48,242 nt of DNA, taken from NCBI GenBank assembly GCA_017609385.1, contig JAFCEA010000001.1, positions 1 to 48,242 on the forward strand, read 5' to 3'. The notes beneath the pieces are model-generated. The model ran no database searches. It was not told the DNA's origin and saw nothing but the letters and a program-made list of their open reading frames with translations. Position 1 is the stretch's first letter. Each line of letters opens with the position of its first letter. Source of the stretch: Candidatus Woesearchaeota archaeon (GTDB lineage Archaea; Nanobdellota; Nanobdellia; Woesearchaeales; CG1-02-33-12). The position numbers and the translations under genes are program-made. This document shows positions 10,865-19,746 of this stretch, piece by piece.

Positions 10865-11455
10865 TTATTTCCTTGATTTCTTTTTAGACTTTTTTTCAGT
10901 TTTTTTAGCTGTCTTTTTTTGCTCATACTTTTCTTCTATCCACTCTATTTTTCCAAGGCCAGTCTGCCTCATTGTCAAACCAAGCTTTGGGTTTGTGGGG
11001 TCTTTATAGCTCGTGGCAATTATTCTTGCCCTGCACTTATCACCTATTTTCAAAACTTTTCTTGATTCCTTGCCAGCAAGGGTCTTCTCCTTATTGAATG
11101 AAACAAAATCATTCATTGTTTGTGAGATATGGATCATGCCCTCTATTGGACCAATGCTGATAAAAGCTCCAAAGTCTGCAATGTCCTTTATCCTTCCAAG
11201 AACAACCTCCTGCATTTCTGGCTTGAAAGTTATTACCTCAAACTCTGTTTCATAGTATGATGCTCCATCTCCGGGGATTATAATCCCTTCTCCTATGTTG
11301 TCCAATCTTGATACATCTATTACAATGCCCAGTTCCTTTGAAATATAGCCCTCATACTTTTTTTTGATTCTCTCAAGCATTGCATCCTCTAGCTTAAGCC
11401 CAAAAAGATGGGGTGGAACCCTTATATGGTCTTTTAATTGTGTTTTATAGAACAT
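10865..11455 (-). CDS. rpoE: DNA-directed RNA polymerase subunit Rpo7 (E')
   Basis: N-terminal Rpb7-like domain plus S1 domain (GRIKDIADFGAFISIGPIEGMIHISQ) in the conserved cluster. Has a basic C-terminal tail. Confidence 0.9.
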   Translation of the reverse strand: MFYKTQLKDHIRVPPHLFGLKLEDAMLERIKKKYEGYISKELGIVIDVSRLDNIGEGIIIPGDGASYYETEFEVITFKPEMQEVVLGRIKDIADFGAFISIGPIEGMIHISQTMNDFVSFNKEKTLAGKESRKVLKIGDKCRARIIATSYKDPTNPKLGLTMRQTGLGKIEWIEEKYEQKKTAKKTEKKSKKKSRK

Positions 11456-11471
11456 TTTGACCTTATTTCAA

Positions 11472-11873
11472 TTAAATAATCAGTTTAAGATACTTTTTTT
11501 GTCTCAAAACAATGATAGAGACTCCTTTTTTCCTTATCTCTCTTTTAAGCCCTTTATCCTGTGTTGCAACTATGAAATTTCCTTTTTTAATCAGGTTTAA
11601 AATTAAAAGGTCAACGTTTTTAACTCTTTTGTTTTTAGAGGGTGTTTTTATTATTTTAATCTTTTTCTTCTTGATTAATTCAAAGGAAATCTTTGCTGAC
11701 ATAACCTCCTTTGGCTTTCCTGTTTCAGCTAGTTTTTTCAGCTCAGTTATTGTGCCATCAACTATGCAGGCCATATATTTAAAATCACATATTCTTTGAA
11801 GCTCTGAAAATAGGTCTACCTTAAACTTAACCACACTTACTAAGAAATTTGTATCAAGGATTATTTTTTTCAT
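11472..11873 (-). CDS. PIN-domain protein (Fcf1/Utp24-like, COG1412-type)
   Basis: KIILDTNFLV N-terminal acidic motif, ...VATQDKGL near the C-terminus, and the conserved archaeal position upstream of rpo7. Confidence 0.75.
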   Translation of the reverse strand: MKKIILDTNFLVSVVKFKVDLFSELQRICDFKYMACIVDGTITELKKLAETGKPKEVMSAKISFELIKKKKIKIIKTPSKNKRVKNVDLLILNLIKKGNFIVATQDKGLKREIRKKGVSIIVLRQKKYLKLII

Positions 11874-11894
11874 GTTTTGTTAAATTAGTATTTA

Positions 11895-13124
11895 TTATTT
11901 ATATCTTTTGAAAACTAAAACCGCATTGTGGCCTCCAAAGCCAAAAGAATTAGACATTGCTATATCAACATCTTTTTTTCTCGATTCATTTGGTACATAA
12001 TCAAGGTCACACTCTGGATCCTTAAATTCATAGTTTATTGTTGGAGGAATTATATTATTTTTGATTGTCAAGATTGAGATAATTGCTTCTAGACCACCAG
12101 CTGCTCCTATAAGATGTCCTGTCATTGATTTTGTTGAGCTTACTGGAATTTTCTTGGCATTAGAAAACACTTTTTTTATTGCTAGTGTTTCTATTCTGTC
12201 ATTTAAAGGGGTTGATGTTCCATGTGCATTAATATAATCAATCTGTTCTGGTTCTAATTTTGAACTTAATAAGGCTCCTCGCATTGCATCTGCTGCACCC
12301 TCACCATTTTTATCAGGAGCAGCTAATTTATAAGCATCGCAATTACAGCTATAACCAACAATTTCTGCATATATTCCTGCATTTCTTTCTAATGCATGTT
12401 GTTGTTCTTCTAGTACCAAAATTCCTGCGCCTTCTCCTAAAACAAAACCACTTCTTTTTTTATCAAAGGGTCTTGATGCTTTTTTTGGCTCATCATTGTA
12501 TTCTTTAGTTATTGCCATCATATTTGTAAATGCTGCTACTCCTACTGGTACAATAGGCGCTTCTGTGCCCCCTGTGATTATTAGATCTGCTTCTCCATGT
12601 TTTATTTTTAAATAGGATTCACCAATTGCATTAGCACCAGAAGCACATGCTGTTGAAACAGAAAAATTAGAGCCTTTAAGAGAATATTTTATTGCTATAA
12701 GTGCTGGTGCTGCATTTGACATTAGTTTTGGTATTGTCTTTGGGTTAACTTTATCAGGACCTTTTTCATATAAAATATTTTGTTGCTTTATTGTTGTTTT
12801 AAGACCACCAATTGCTGTTCCAATGATTACACCTATTTTTTTTCCTGATGGGATTTCTAGATTATTAAGAGCTCGCTCTGTTGCTGCCAAGGCATATTGT
12901 GAAAATAAATCAAGGTCCTTTATTTCTTTTTTGCTTATTTTATAGTGTTCTGGATTAAAGTCTTTTACTTCTGCTGCAATCTTAACCTCAAAATCAGAAC
13001 TATCAAATTTTGTTATTTTATCTACACCAGAAACACCATTAACAAGATTCTCCCAAAATGTATTTATATCGTTACCCAGGGGAGAAATTACACCTAAACC
13101 GGTTACAACCACCCTTCTTTCCAT
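11895..13124 (-). CDS. fabF: Beta-ketoacyl-ACP synthase II (bacterial FabF type)
   Basis: RRVVVTGLGVISPLGN, active-site STACASG, HGTSTPLND, GHLIGAAGGLE and NSFGFGGHNAVLVFK: a full-length KAS II pattern. Confidence 0.9.
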   Translation of the reverse strand: MERRVVVTGLGVISPLGNDINTFWENLVNGVSGVDKITKFDSSDFEVKIAAEVKDFNPEHYKISKKEIKDLDLFSQYALAATERALNNLEIPSGKKIGVIIGTAIGGLKTTIKQQNILYEKGPDKVNPKTIPKLMSNAAPALIAIKYSLKGSNFSVSTACASGANAIGESYLKIKHGEADLIITGGTEAPIVPVGVAAFTNMMAITKEYNDEPKKASRPFDKKRSGFVLGEGAGILVLEEQQHALERNAGIYAEIVGYSCNCDAYKLAAPDKNGEGAADAMRGALLSSKLEPEQIDYINAHGTSTPLNDRIETLAIKKVFSNAKKIPVSSTKSMTGHLIGAAGGLEAIISILTIKNNIIPPTINYEFKDPECDLDYVPNESRKKDVDIAMSNSFGFGGHNAVLVFKRYK

Positions 13125-13176
13125 TGCTTATTTGTAACAGCAAAAGGTATTTAAAGGTTTCTGAGTTCTCAAGTTT

Positions 13177-14192
13177 ATGGACAATGTAAGAATTGCTGGA
13201 ATTGGTTCTTATCTTCCTAAAAAGATTGTTACTAATAAAGATTTAGAAAATATAGTTAAGAATTATGATTATAGTAAATATGATGATTTTTCTGAGTGGG
13301 TAATTAGAGTAACAGGCATTGAAGAAAGACACTATGCTGATGGAAATGAAACAATAGAAGAAATGGGTGCTGAAGCTTCTAAAAAAGCATTAGAGGACGC
13401 TAATTTGAAAGCAATTGATATTGACTTAATAATTCTAAATACATTCACACCAGGGGCATTAATACCAACTTCAGCTATTGAAGTAGGGCATTTAATTGGT
13501 AATGATAACATACCAGCTATTACAATAAACCAGGCATGTTCTGGTTTTGTTTATGCAGTAGAGAGCGCGTACCATCATATAAGAAGTGGAAAATACAACA
13601 ATGTCTTAGTTGTTGCAAGTGAAAAATTATCAAGTATTATTGATTATAGCAACCCAAAAACAGCTATTTTGTTTGGGGATGGTGCTGGAGCAGCTGTTTT
13701 GCAAAGGAGTAATAAAAAAGGCATCTTGGGGATACCCTACATTGGCGGAAAATATTCTTCTAAACATATTAATGTAAAAAATACAGGTGTAGATGTAAAA
13801 GATATTCTAACAAAGGCTGAAAAAAGTATGTTAAAAAGGAATACCTCAAAATGAGTGGTGGTCCACAGGTATTAAGACAAGCTGTTAATGCTATGGTTCA
13901 GTCTGCTAGAATTGCACTTAGAAGAAGCAATTTAGAAATAAAGGACATTGACTGGCTTTGCCCTCATCAAGCAAATAAAAGAATAATAGACGGTACTGCT
14001 AAATCTAAATACTTGCGTATGTCAAAAAAAACTCTTATTACAATAGAAGAAGATGGTAATGTATCTGGTGCTTCTAATATTATAACCCTTGATAAAAGTA
14101 TAAAACAAGGTAAGGTTAAAAGAGGAGATAAAATTTTAATAACTGCTGTTGGTGGGGGTTATACAATGGGTGCTTTTGTTTTTGAATATTAA
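13177..14192 (+). pseudogene. fabH: Beta-ketoacyl-ACP synthase III (FabH-like) split into two ORFs (13177-13854 and 13851-14192) by a -1 frame change
   Basis: ORF1 carries the Cys motif NQACSGFVYA. ORF2 carries HQAN and GNVSGAS (the His and Asn of the triad). The ORF2 frame is already open from 13821 and reads KKYVKKEYLKMSGGPQV. The frames meet at GAAAAAAG (13819-13826). Confidence 0.75.
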
Positions 14193-14968
14193 TTTGATTT
14201 TAATTTTTCTATAATTTCCTTCATCTTTAATGAATCTTCCCATGTTATGGGGCTCTCGCAGATTATAGTTATGTCAACCTTTCTTTTAAGTATTTCCTTG
14301 GCCAAAGGCAAAAAATCAGCCCCCTCCATAATAATATGTCTTCTCTCTCCTTTATCGCTGAATTCAATTCCTGAAAAGTGAGAATGAATATGCCTTAAAC
14401 CAGATAACTGGTCAAAAACAGATAAGTAATTTATAGAGCTGTTTCTTGCATGCAAATGCGCAAAATCAACACAAATACTGCATTTGATTTCATCCCTTAG
14501 CTTTAAAATCTCATTCAAGGAGCCAAACTGTGATTTTTTTCCTGTTGTCTCTGGTGCAAGTTTTGTTTTCCATTTATTTTCTCTTATTATATCCTGCATT
14601 TCAATAATCTCTTTCTTTATCATTTCATAACATTCCTTATCAGAAAGCTTGCCATAAAATCCAGGATGAAAAACAACATGGCTTGCCTTAAGATAATGAG
14701 CTCTTTCGCAGCTGTCTAGAATACGCTTTTTTGATGCTTCAATTTTTTGCTTTTCAGCAGATGCAAGATTTATGTAATATGGCGCATGAACACTAAGCTT
14801 AATATCAAGTCTTTCTGCGAGCTTTCCAATTTCTTTTGCAAGCTTATTCTGCATTCTTACACCATAAGTAAACTCAACCTCCATTGCATTCAGGCCAATC
14901 TTCTCAATATAGCCAAGGCCATCCAAAGTGCTTTTCATGGGAGAGCCAGCAGGACCAAGCCTAATCAT
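14189..14968 (-). CDS. nfo: Endonuclease IV-like AP endonuclease (xylose-isomerase-like TIM barrel)
   Basis: HAPYYINLAS, VVFHPG, APETTG, DFAHLHA, HSHFSGIE...GERRH and ICESP correspond to the metal-ligand blocks of the Nfo family. Confidence 0.8.
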   Translation of the reverse strand: MIRLGPAGSPMKSTLDGLGYIEKIGLNAMEVEFTYGVRMQNKLAKEIGKLAERLDIKLSVHAPYYINLASAEKQKIEASKKRILDSCERAHYLKASHVVFHPGFYGKLSDKECYEMIKKEIIEMQDIIRENKWKTKLAPETTGKKSQFGSLNEILKLRDEIKCSICVDFAHLHARNSSINYLSVFDQLSGLRHIHSHFSGIEFSDKGERRHIIMEGADFLPLAKEILKRKVDITIICESPITWEDSLKMKEIIEKLKSN

Positions 14969-16149
14969 TGTGTTTCTGCCTCTAGGAAATTTCTTGAAAG
15001 TTTTGTAACTATTGTAGAAAGTATTATGCTATAAACAATAAATGCAACTATAATATCCAGTAGTGTAATAATTCCAGGTATGTTATAGGTAGCCAGGATA
15101 AATACAACAACTGCAACAGCAATTCCCTTTGGTATGTTTAATGTCATAAAAAGCTTTTCCTTAAAAGAATAATTTAGTTTTGAAAAACACAGCTGGACTG
15201 ACATATATCTTATTACTAAATATATTATGAATAATAGTATTGATTTTGAAATAAACCAAAATTCTAGTGGAAAATCTATGATTATGCCCAGTAGTATAAA
15301 GACAATGATTTCAAGTGAATTTGCAAACATGTAAGAAAATTCGTGCAATGTTTCTTTTTCCCTGACATAAACATTACCAAAAAACAATCCTAGGGTTGTT
15401 ACTGCAAGAACTCCATTACCCTTGAGATTCTCTGCAAGGATATAGGTTATAAGGGCAGCAGTGATTAAAGCAAGGGGTGATAATCTCTCTGAATATTTGG
15501 TTCTCATTATTTTGAATATAACTATACCAACTAAAATCCCAGCACCAATTCCTGTAACAAACTGCTGCAAGAAAGGACCTGCAGATTCTAGGAATTTTGA
15601 GAAAAAGAACTCTTTACTATAATCTTGGAATAAGTCAAGAATTATAAAAGGTATTAAAACAATTAAAGGCGTATTAATTATTGATTCTATGTTAAGCAGC
15701 TCTATTACCCTGTTCTTGGTTTGTTTAAGCATTGTTAAAACAACATCTGGAGCTGTTCCAGACATAAGGGCAGCAAACATCATTGCCAGAAATATGTTGC
15801 TGACATTAAAAATAAGGCTTACAGATATTGTTAGGAGTATAAGGTTTAGTATGAGAAATATTCCGACCAACTTTAATGCCCTAAATGAGAAAGTATCAAA
15901 CTCCCTTAGCTTGAACCTGGAGCTTGCGTCAAAGATTATCATAACCAAGGCAAGTATTCCTACAGAAGTCAAGAATATTGGCGAGAACTGAATTAATTGT
16001 CTGCCATAATACCTAATGTGACCAATAAGTATCCCGGTTAGAACCAATAAGAGTATGTTTGGCAGCTTTATCTTTTCTGAAAGAATTGTGCATAAGATAC
16101 CTATAACCAAGAGGATTGCGAATGAAGTTAAATAAAAAAGTGCATCCAT
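14965..16149 (-). CDS. Cation/proton (Na+/H+) antiporter, CPA family
   Basis: 394 aa with ~11-12 predicted TM helices and typical CPA layout. The stop overlaps the nfo start (ATGA). Confidence 0.75.
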   Translation of the reverse strand: MDALFYLTSFAILLVIGILCTILSEKIKLPNILLLVLTGILIGHIRYYGRQLIQFSPIFLTSVGILALVMIIFDASSRFKLREFDTFSFRALKLVGIFLILNLILLTISVSLIFNVSNIFLAMMFAALMSGTAPDVVLTMLKQTKNRVIELLNIESIINTPLIVLIPFIILDLFQDYSKEFFFSKFLESAGPFLQQFVTGIGAGILVGIVIFKIMRTKYSERLSPLALITAALITYILAENLKGNGVLAVTTLGLFFGNVYVREKETLHEFSYMFANSLEIIVFILLGIIIDFPLEFWFISKSILLFIIYLVIRYMSVQLCFSKLNYSFKEKLFMTLNIPKGIAVAVVVFILATYNIPGIITLLDIIVAFIVYSIILSTIVTKLSRNFLEAETQ

Positions 16150-16198
16150 TATATCACCTGTTTTTAAATAAAAAAGAGATATTTATTAAACTTTTGCT

Positions 16199-16996
16199 TT
16201 AGGGTTTTTTCTTCTTGAAAAAATACTGCAATGGCCTCTGTTTTTTTGGTTTTAAGAGAGTTTTGCTTACCTTTGCTATTTTCTCTTGTTCTAAAAATGA
16301 TTTTAAAAATCTCTTTCTTGTCCTATTTGTCAGTATATCCTGCTCAAGTGTTTTTGCAAGCCTTTCTGGCCTCTTTAATGATGATTCCTTTACAATATCG
16401 ACTATAATTTTTTCATTTGATTCCTTTTCAAGTATTCTTTTGACATCATCCTGCTCTAACAACCTTTTTATGAATATTTCTCTTGTGCCCTGGGTTAAGA
16501 CCTTGTTGCCTGTTTCTTTTTTTAACAGCTCTGCAAGATTATCTGGATTGGCTATCAACAGGTATTTAATAAGCTGTATTGTTCTTACTGTTGTATTTCT
16601 GTAGTTCTGCTTGTCAATATCATCTATTACTTCATAGAGTATGTCATCAAATTTCAAAACATTGATTCCCTTTAGATTAATGTTTCTATGAGATGTCAAA
16701 ATTAGTGTTTTTTCATAGTTAAAGGCTGTTCCAACAAAGTCTTTTATGACTTGTTTTACTTTTTTGATAACTGTCTTGTCTTCAAATTTTTTTATGTATT
16801 CGTTTATATCCTTGTCAACAAGTGTTGAGCTTATAGAACAATTAACCTCTATATGCTCTACCCTCTCAAGCTTTCCATTTTTAAGTTTTATTGCTATAAG
16901 GTCTATTACCTTGTTTTTTCCAGCATTGATATCATTAATAGTAAAGAAACCCTTTTTATTAAGCCAAAGATTAACTATTTCTTTTTCTTGACTCAT
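16199..16996 (-). CDS. Hypothetical protein, possibly with an N-terminal PD-(D/E)XK-like fold
   Basis: N-terminus EIVNLWLNKKGFF...IDLIAIK...VEHIEVN resembles YraN-type nuclease cores. The rest is helical and charged. The ATG at 16996 is preferred over the GTG at 17023. Confidence 0.5.
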   Translation of the reverse strand: MSQEKEIVNLWLNKKGFFTINDINAGKNKVIDLIAIKLKNGKLERVEHIEVNCSISSTLVDKDINEYIKKFEDKTVIKKVKQVIKDFVGTAFNYEKTLILTSHRNINLKGINVLKFDDILYEVIDDIDKQNYRNTTVRTIQLIKYLLIANPDNLAELLKKETGNKVLTQGTREIFIKRLLEQDDVKRILEKESNEKIIVDIVKESSLKRPERLAKTLEQDILTNRTRKRFLKSFLEQEKIAKVSKTLLKPKKQRPLQYFFKKKKP

Positions 16997-17229
16997 AAGC
17001 AAGCACCTCTCTAAGATGGCCACTAAGGCCTGTAAATCCCCCCAGTCCTGAATTGAAGCAAAATATTATATAAACCCCAAGAATTCAACTATTTAAATGT
17101 TTCTAATCGAGATTTTAAAATTCTATTAAAAAAGTTTATTTTAAGATTTCTTATCGTGCCTGTACATTACAATATACAGAAAGATTGAAACAAGAACCAA
17201 TATCTCGCCAATATAAATAGTGTAGTTGG

Positions 17230-17412
17230 CTATATTAAGGCTTGCAGAATATCTTTGATGTGATGAGCTTCTGCAGAATCACAAATATTCTCTGGCTCGC
17301 AGTCGGGTGGAAAACAACAGCTTTGTGATACAACATTGCCTGTAATGCCCCCGCCAATCAAAAGAAAACCAATAAATAAAGTAACCAAGGGGATTATTAG
17401 TTTGCTTTTCAT
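17230..17412 (-). CDS. Small Cys-rich membrane or secreted protein (hypothetical)
   Basis: 60 aa with an N-terminal hydrophobic helix followed by CCFPPDCEPENIC. No homology recognised. Confidence 0.35.
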   Translation of the reverse strand: MKSKLIIPLVTLFIGFLLIGGGITGNVVSQSCCFPPDCEPENICDSAEAHHIKDILQALI

Positions 17413-17465
17413 AATCAGGTTAAAAACTTTACAAATATAAAAAGATTTCTAAAAATTCATTTAAT

Positions 17466-18425
17466 TTAATCAAACTTCATAATCCTGTCTTTGTAATCTT
17501 CTTTGGCCAATAGAACAACCCGGCTCTCTTCTTTTTCGTCGATTATTTTATATCCGGAAAGTTCTGCAATCTTTTTTGCAAAATTTTTTACATCTTCGTG
17601 ATAAGGCATGTTTTCCTCTAATAATCTTTTCCTTGATGAGCCAATAAACATATATCCTTTAAGCTCAACAAACATTGGGCTTGCTTTTTTTATTAAATCA
17701 GCATAAGCTTTTTCATCTTTCATGTTTATTCCTTTCATCACTGTTATTCTAATTACTGTTCTTGTTTTTAATTTAGGCAGTAATTCAAGTGTTTTGTTCA
17801 GGCGTTGCCATCCATTATTAAAGCATGATTTATTAAATTTCTTAAAGTCTTGTTCATTTGTTGCACTAACTGAAACATAAAGCTGGGTTGGTAATTCTTT
17901 CAATGATTCAATAACCTCTGGAAACTGGCCATTCGTAACCAAAAAAGTTGTCTTATTTTGTTTGTGAAGCTCAGCTATTAATTCATTAAGCTGTGGATAG
18001 ATAGTTGGCTCTCCTGTTAATGAGATTGCAAAATGCATTGGCTCCTGTGCTTGATTAAGCTTTTTCCTGTTCACTTTTTCATTTCCAAAAAAACCATTAA
18101 GAAGTTTTCTCTGGCATAATATTGATTTTTTTATTATCTCTTTTGGACTATCTACTGCATTAGTCATCTTAATTCCAGCAGCATAATCCATCTCACGCCA
18201 GCAATGGATGCACTGGTTTGTGCAAAATCCAACAGAAGGTGTCATCTGGCAGCATAGGTGAGATCTTATTCCATAAAACTTCTCCTTATAACAAACATTT
18301 TCATCTAATAATGACTTCTTTGTCCATGTGCAGATTTTAACAGCAGAGTGCTCACCGCTAAAGCAGTAGTGCTGTTTTTCTAATAATATCTTAAGCTCAG
18401 GGCTTATTTTTGTTATCTCCCCCAT
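17466..18425 (-). CDS. taw1: tRNA 4-demethylwyosine synthase Taw1 (TYW1, radical SAM)
   Basis: CxxxCxxC radical-SAM cluster CTNQCIHCWR, an upstream Cys cluster (CYKEKFYGIRSHLCCQMTP) and the C-terminal TYW1 domain. The ATG at 18425 is preferred over the TTG at 18473. Confidence 0.88.
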   Translation of the reverse strand: MGEITKISPELKILLEKQHYCFSGEHSAVKICTWTKKSLLDENVCYKEKFYGIRSHLCCQMTPSVGFCTNQCIHCWREMDYAAGIKMTNAVDSPKEIIKKSILCQRKLLNGFFGNEKVNRKKLNQAQEPMHFAISLTGEPTIYPQLNELIAELHKQNKTTFLVTNGQFPEVIESLKELPTQLYVSVSATNEQDFKKFNKSCFNNGWQRLNKTLELLPKLKTRTVIRITVMKGINMKDEKAYADLIKKASPMFVELKGYMFIGSSRKRLLEENMPYHEDVKNFAKKIAELSGYKIIDEKEESRVVLLAKEDYKDRIMKFD

Positions 18426-18506
18426 AGAGCAAGCTAAAAGAGGATTATATAAAAAGCTTTCTTTAAAAACCAAAATTATATAAATCTCATTCCTGTTCTA
18501 AAAACC

Positions 18507-19004
18507 ATGGATTTTAAAACAGCACTTAAAAAACTAAAAAACAGCTCTGAATTCAAGAAATGGGTTTTTAAGAACAAAAAATCGTATTTAACATATGCCT
18601 TTACCATGATTGAAAACTCAGAAAAAAGTGAGTGGCAGATTGGCTATTATGACAAAAAACTGGATAAGGTGACAGTTTTTACTATAAATAATAATATTAA
18701 AATCAATCCAGAACAAGATATTTTCAAAAAACCAGGAACAGCTGTAAAAAAGATTAACCTGAAAGATGTTAAATTTAGCTTAGATAAGGTATTGAAAAAA
18801 GCTCAAACTATTAAGGAGAAAAAATACCCTAAAGAGTTAGTAACAAAAACAATAGCTATCCTGCAGAACATTGAGCTTGGCCAGCTATGGAACATAACCC
18901 TTATCACAAGCTCTTTGAATACAATCAATATAAAAATAGATGCAAAAACAGGCAAGACAATAAAGCATGAATTAGTATCATTATTCCAGTTCAAGGCTGG
19001 CTAG
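18507..19004 (+). CDS. Hypothetical protein
   Basis: A clean 165-aa ORF with an ATG start and no recognisable motif. Confidence 0.5.
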   Translation: MDFKTALKKLKNSSEFKKWVFKNKKSYLTYAFTMIENSEKSEWQIGYYDKKLDKVTVFTINNNIKINPEQDIFKKPGTAVKKINLKDVKFSLDKVLKKAQTIKEKKYPKELVTKTIAILQNIELGQLWNITLITSSLNTINIKIDAKTGKTIKHELVSLFQFKAG

Positions 19005-19035
19005 ATTACTACTTTGATAAAACAAAAACCAATGT

Positions 19036-19113
19036 TTTCTTGTGAAAAACAAGCTTATTTCTTGTGGAGAAAATGATTATTTCCTTTGGAAAACGTTTTT
19101 TTCAATTGGAATC
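19036..19113. promoter_or_regulatory. Array of four TTTC-N4-6-GRAAA dyad-like motifs spaced 20-22 bp apart, upstream of dut-nrdD
   Basis: TTTCTTGTGAAAAAC (19036), TTTCTTGTGGAGAAAAT (19058), TTTCCTTTGGAAAAC (19080) and TTTCAATTGGAATC (19100). A weaker fifth copy, TTTCCATTAGAAC, lies at ~19173. Confidence 0.4.
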
Positions 19114-19295
19114 TTTTTTATTATAAACCAAAGAAAGCCTTAAACAACAAAATAAAAGATTATTAAGCTTTATTTCCATTAGAACAATAATTGTTTTAAT
19201 TATATATTTTTAACCTTAATTTAATTTAAATAGGAGTTGTGTTTCCTTTTTTACCTTGCTCTTTTAGTTTTTAAAATCAAAAAAGAGGGATATGT

Positions 19296-19739
19296 TTGTC
19301 AGAAAATCTAAAGATAAGGATAAAGAAAATAAAAGAAAACGCAATTTTACCACATTATGCTCATGATGGTGATGCGGGGGTTGATCTTTATTCAACAGAA
19401 GATTATGTTCTTAAGCCTGGCCAGAGGATATTAGTCAGCACAGGGGTAATAATAGCTGTTCCACAGGGTTATGAAGCACAAATAAGGCCAAAATCAGGCC
19501 TTGCATTAAATCATGGAATTTCTGTATGCAACAGTCCTGGAACAATTGATTCAGGCTATCGTGGAGAGATTGGTGTTATAGCAATCAACCACAGCAAGGA
19601 AGAATTTAAGATAGAAAAAGGAACAAAGATTGCACAGCTGGTTTTCAATAAAATAGAAAAAGCAGAATTTGAAGAGGTCAAAAGTCTTGATAATACAAAA
19701 CGCGGCCATGGAGGTTTTGGAAGCACTGGATTGGTTTAA
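19296..19739 (+). CDS. dut: dUTP diphosphatase (trimeric dUTPase)
   Basis: AGVDLYS, GTIDSGYRGEIGVI and RGHGGFGSTG are the classical dUTPase motifs. The apparent start is TTG. Confidence 0.9.
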   Translation: MSENLKIRIKKIKENAILPHYAHDGDAGVDLYSTEDYVLKPGQRILVSTGVIIAVPQGYEAQIRPKSGLALNHGISVCNSPGTIDSGYRGEIGVIAINHSKEEFKIEKGTKIAQLVFNKIEKAEFEEVKSLDNTKRGHGGFGSTGLV

Positions 19740-19746
19740 AAGGCAA

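Noticed and set aside
17150-17232. Directly after the stop of the small ORF 17230-17412, another frame encodes a sequon plus a convincing TM helix and basic tail (NYTIYIGEILVLVSIFLYIVMYRHDKKS). This might indicate a frameshifted larger membrane protein.
   Set aside because: That frame has no start codon after its last stop and there is no homology to anchor a frameshift. Hydrophobic stretches arise easily in AT-rich DNA. It is worth only a glance at the read pileups.
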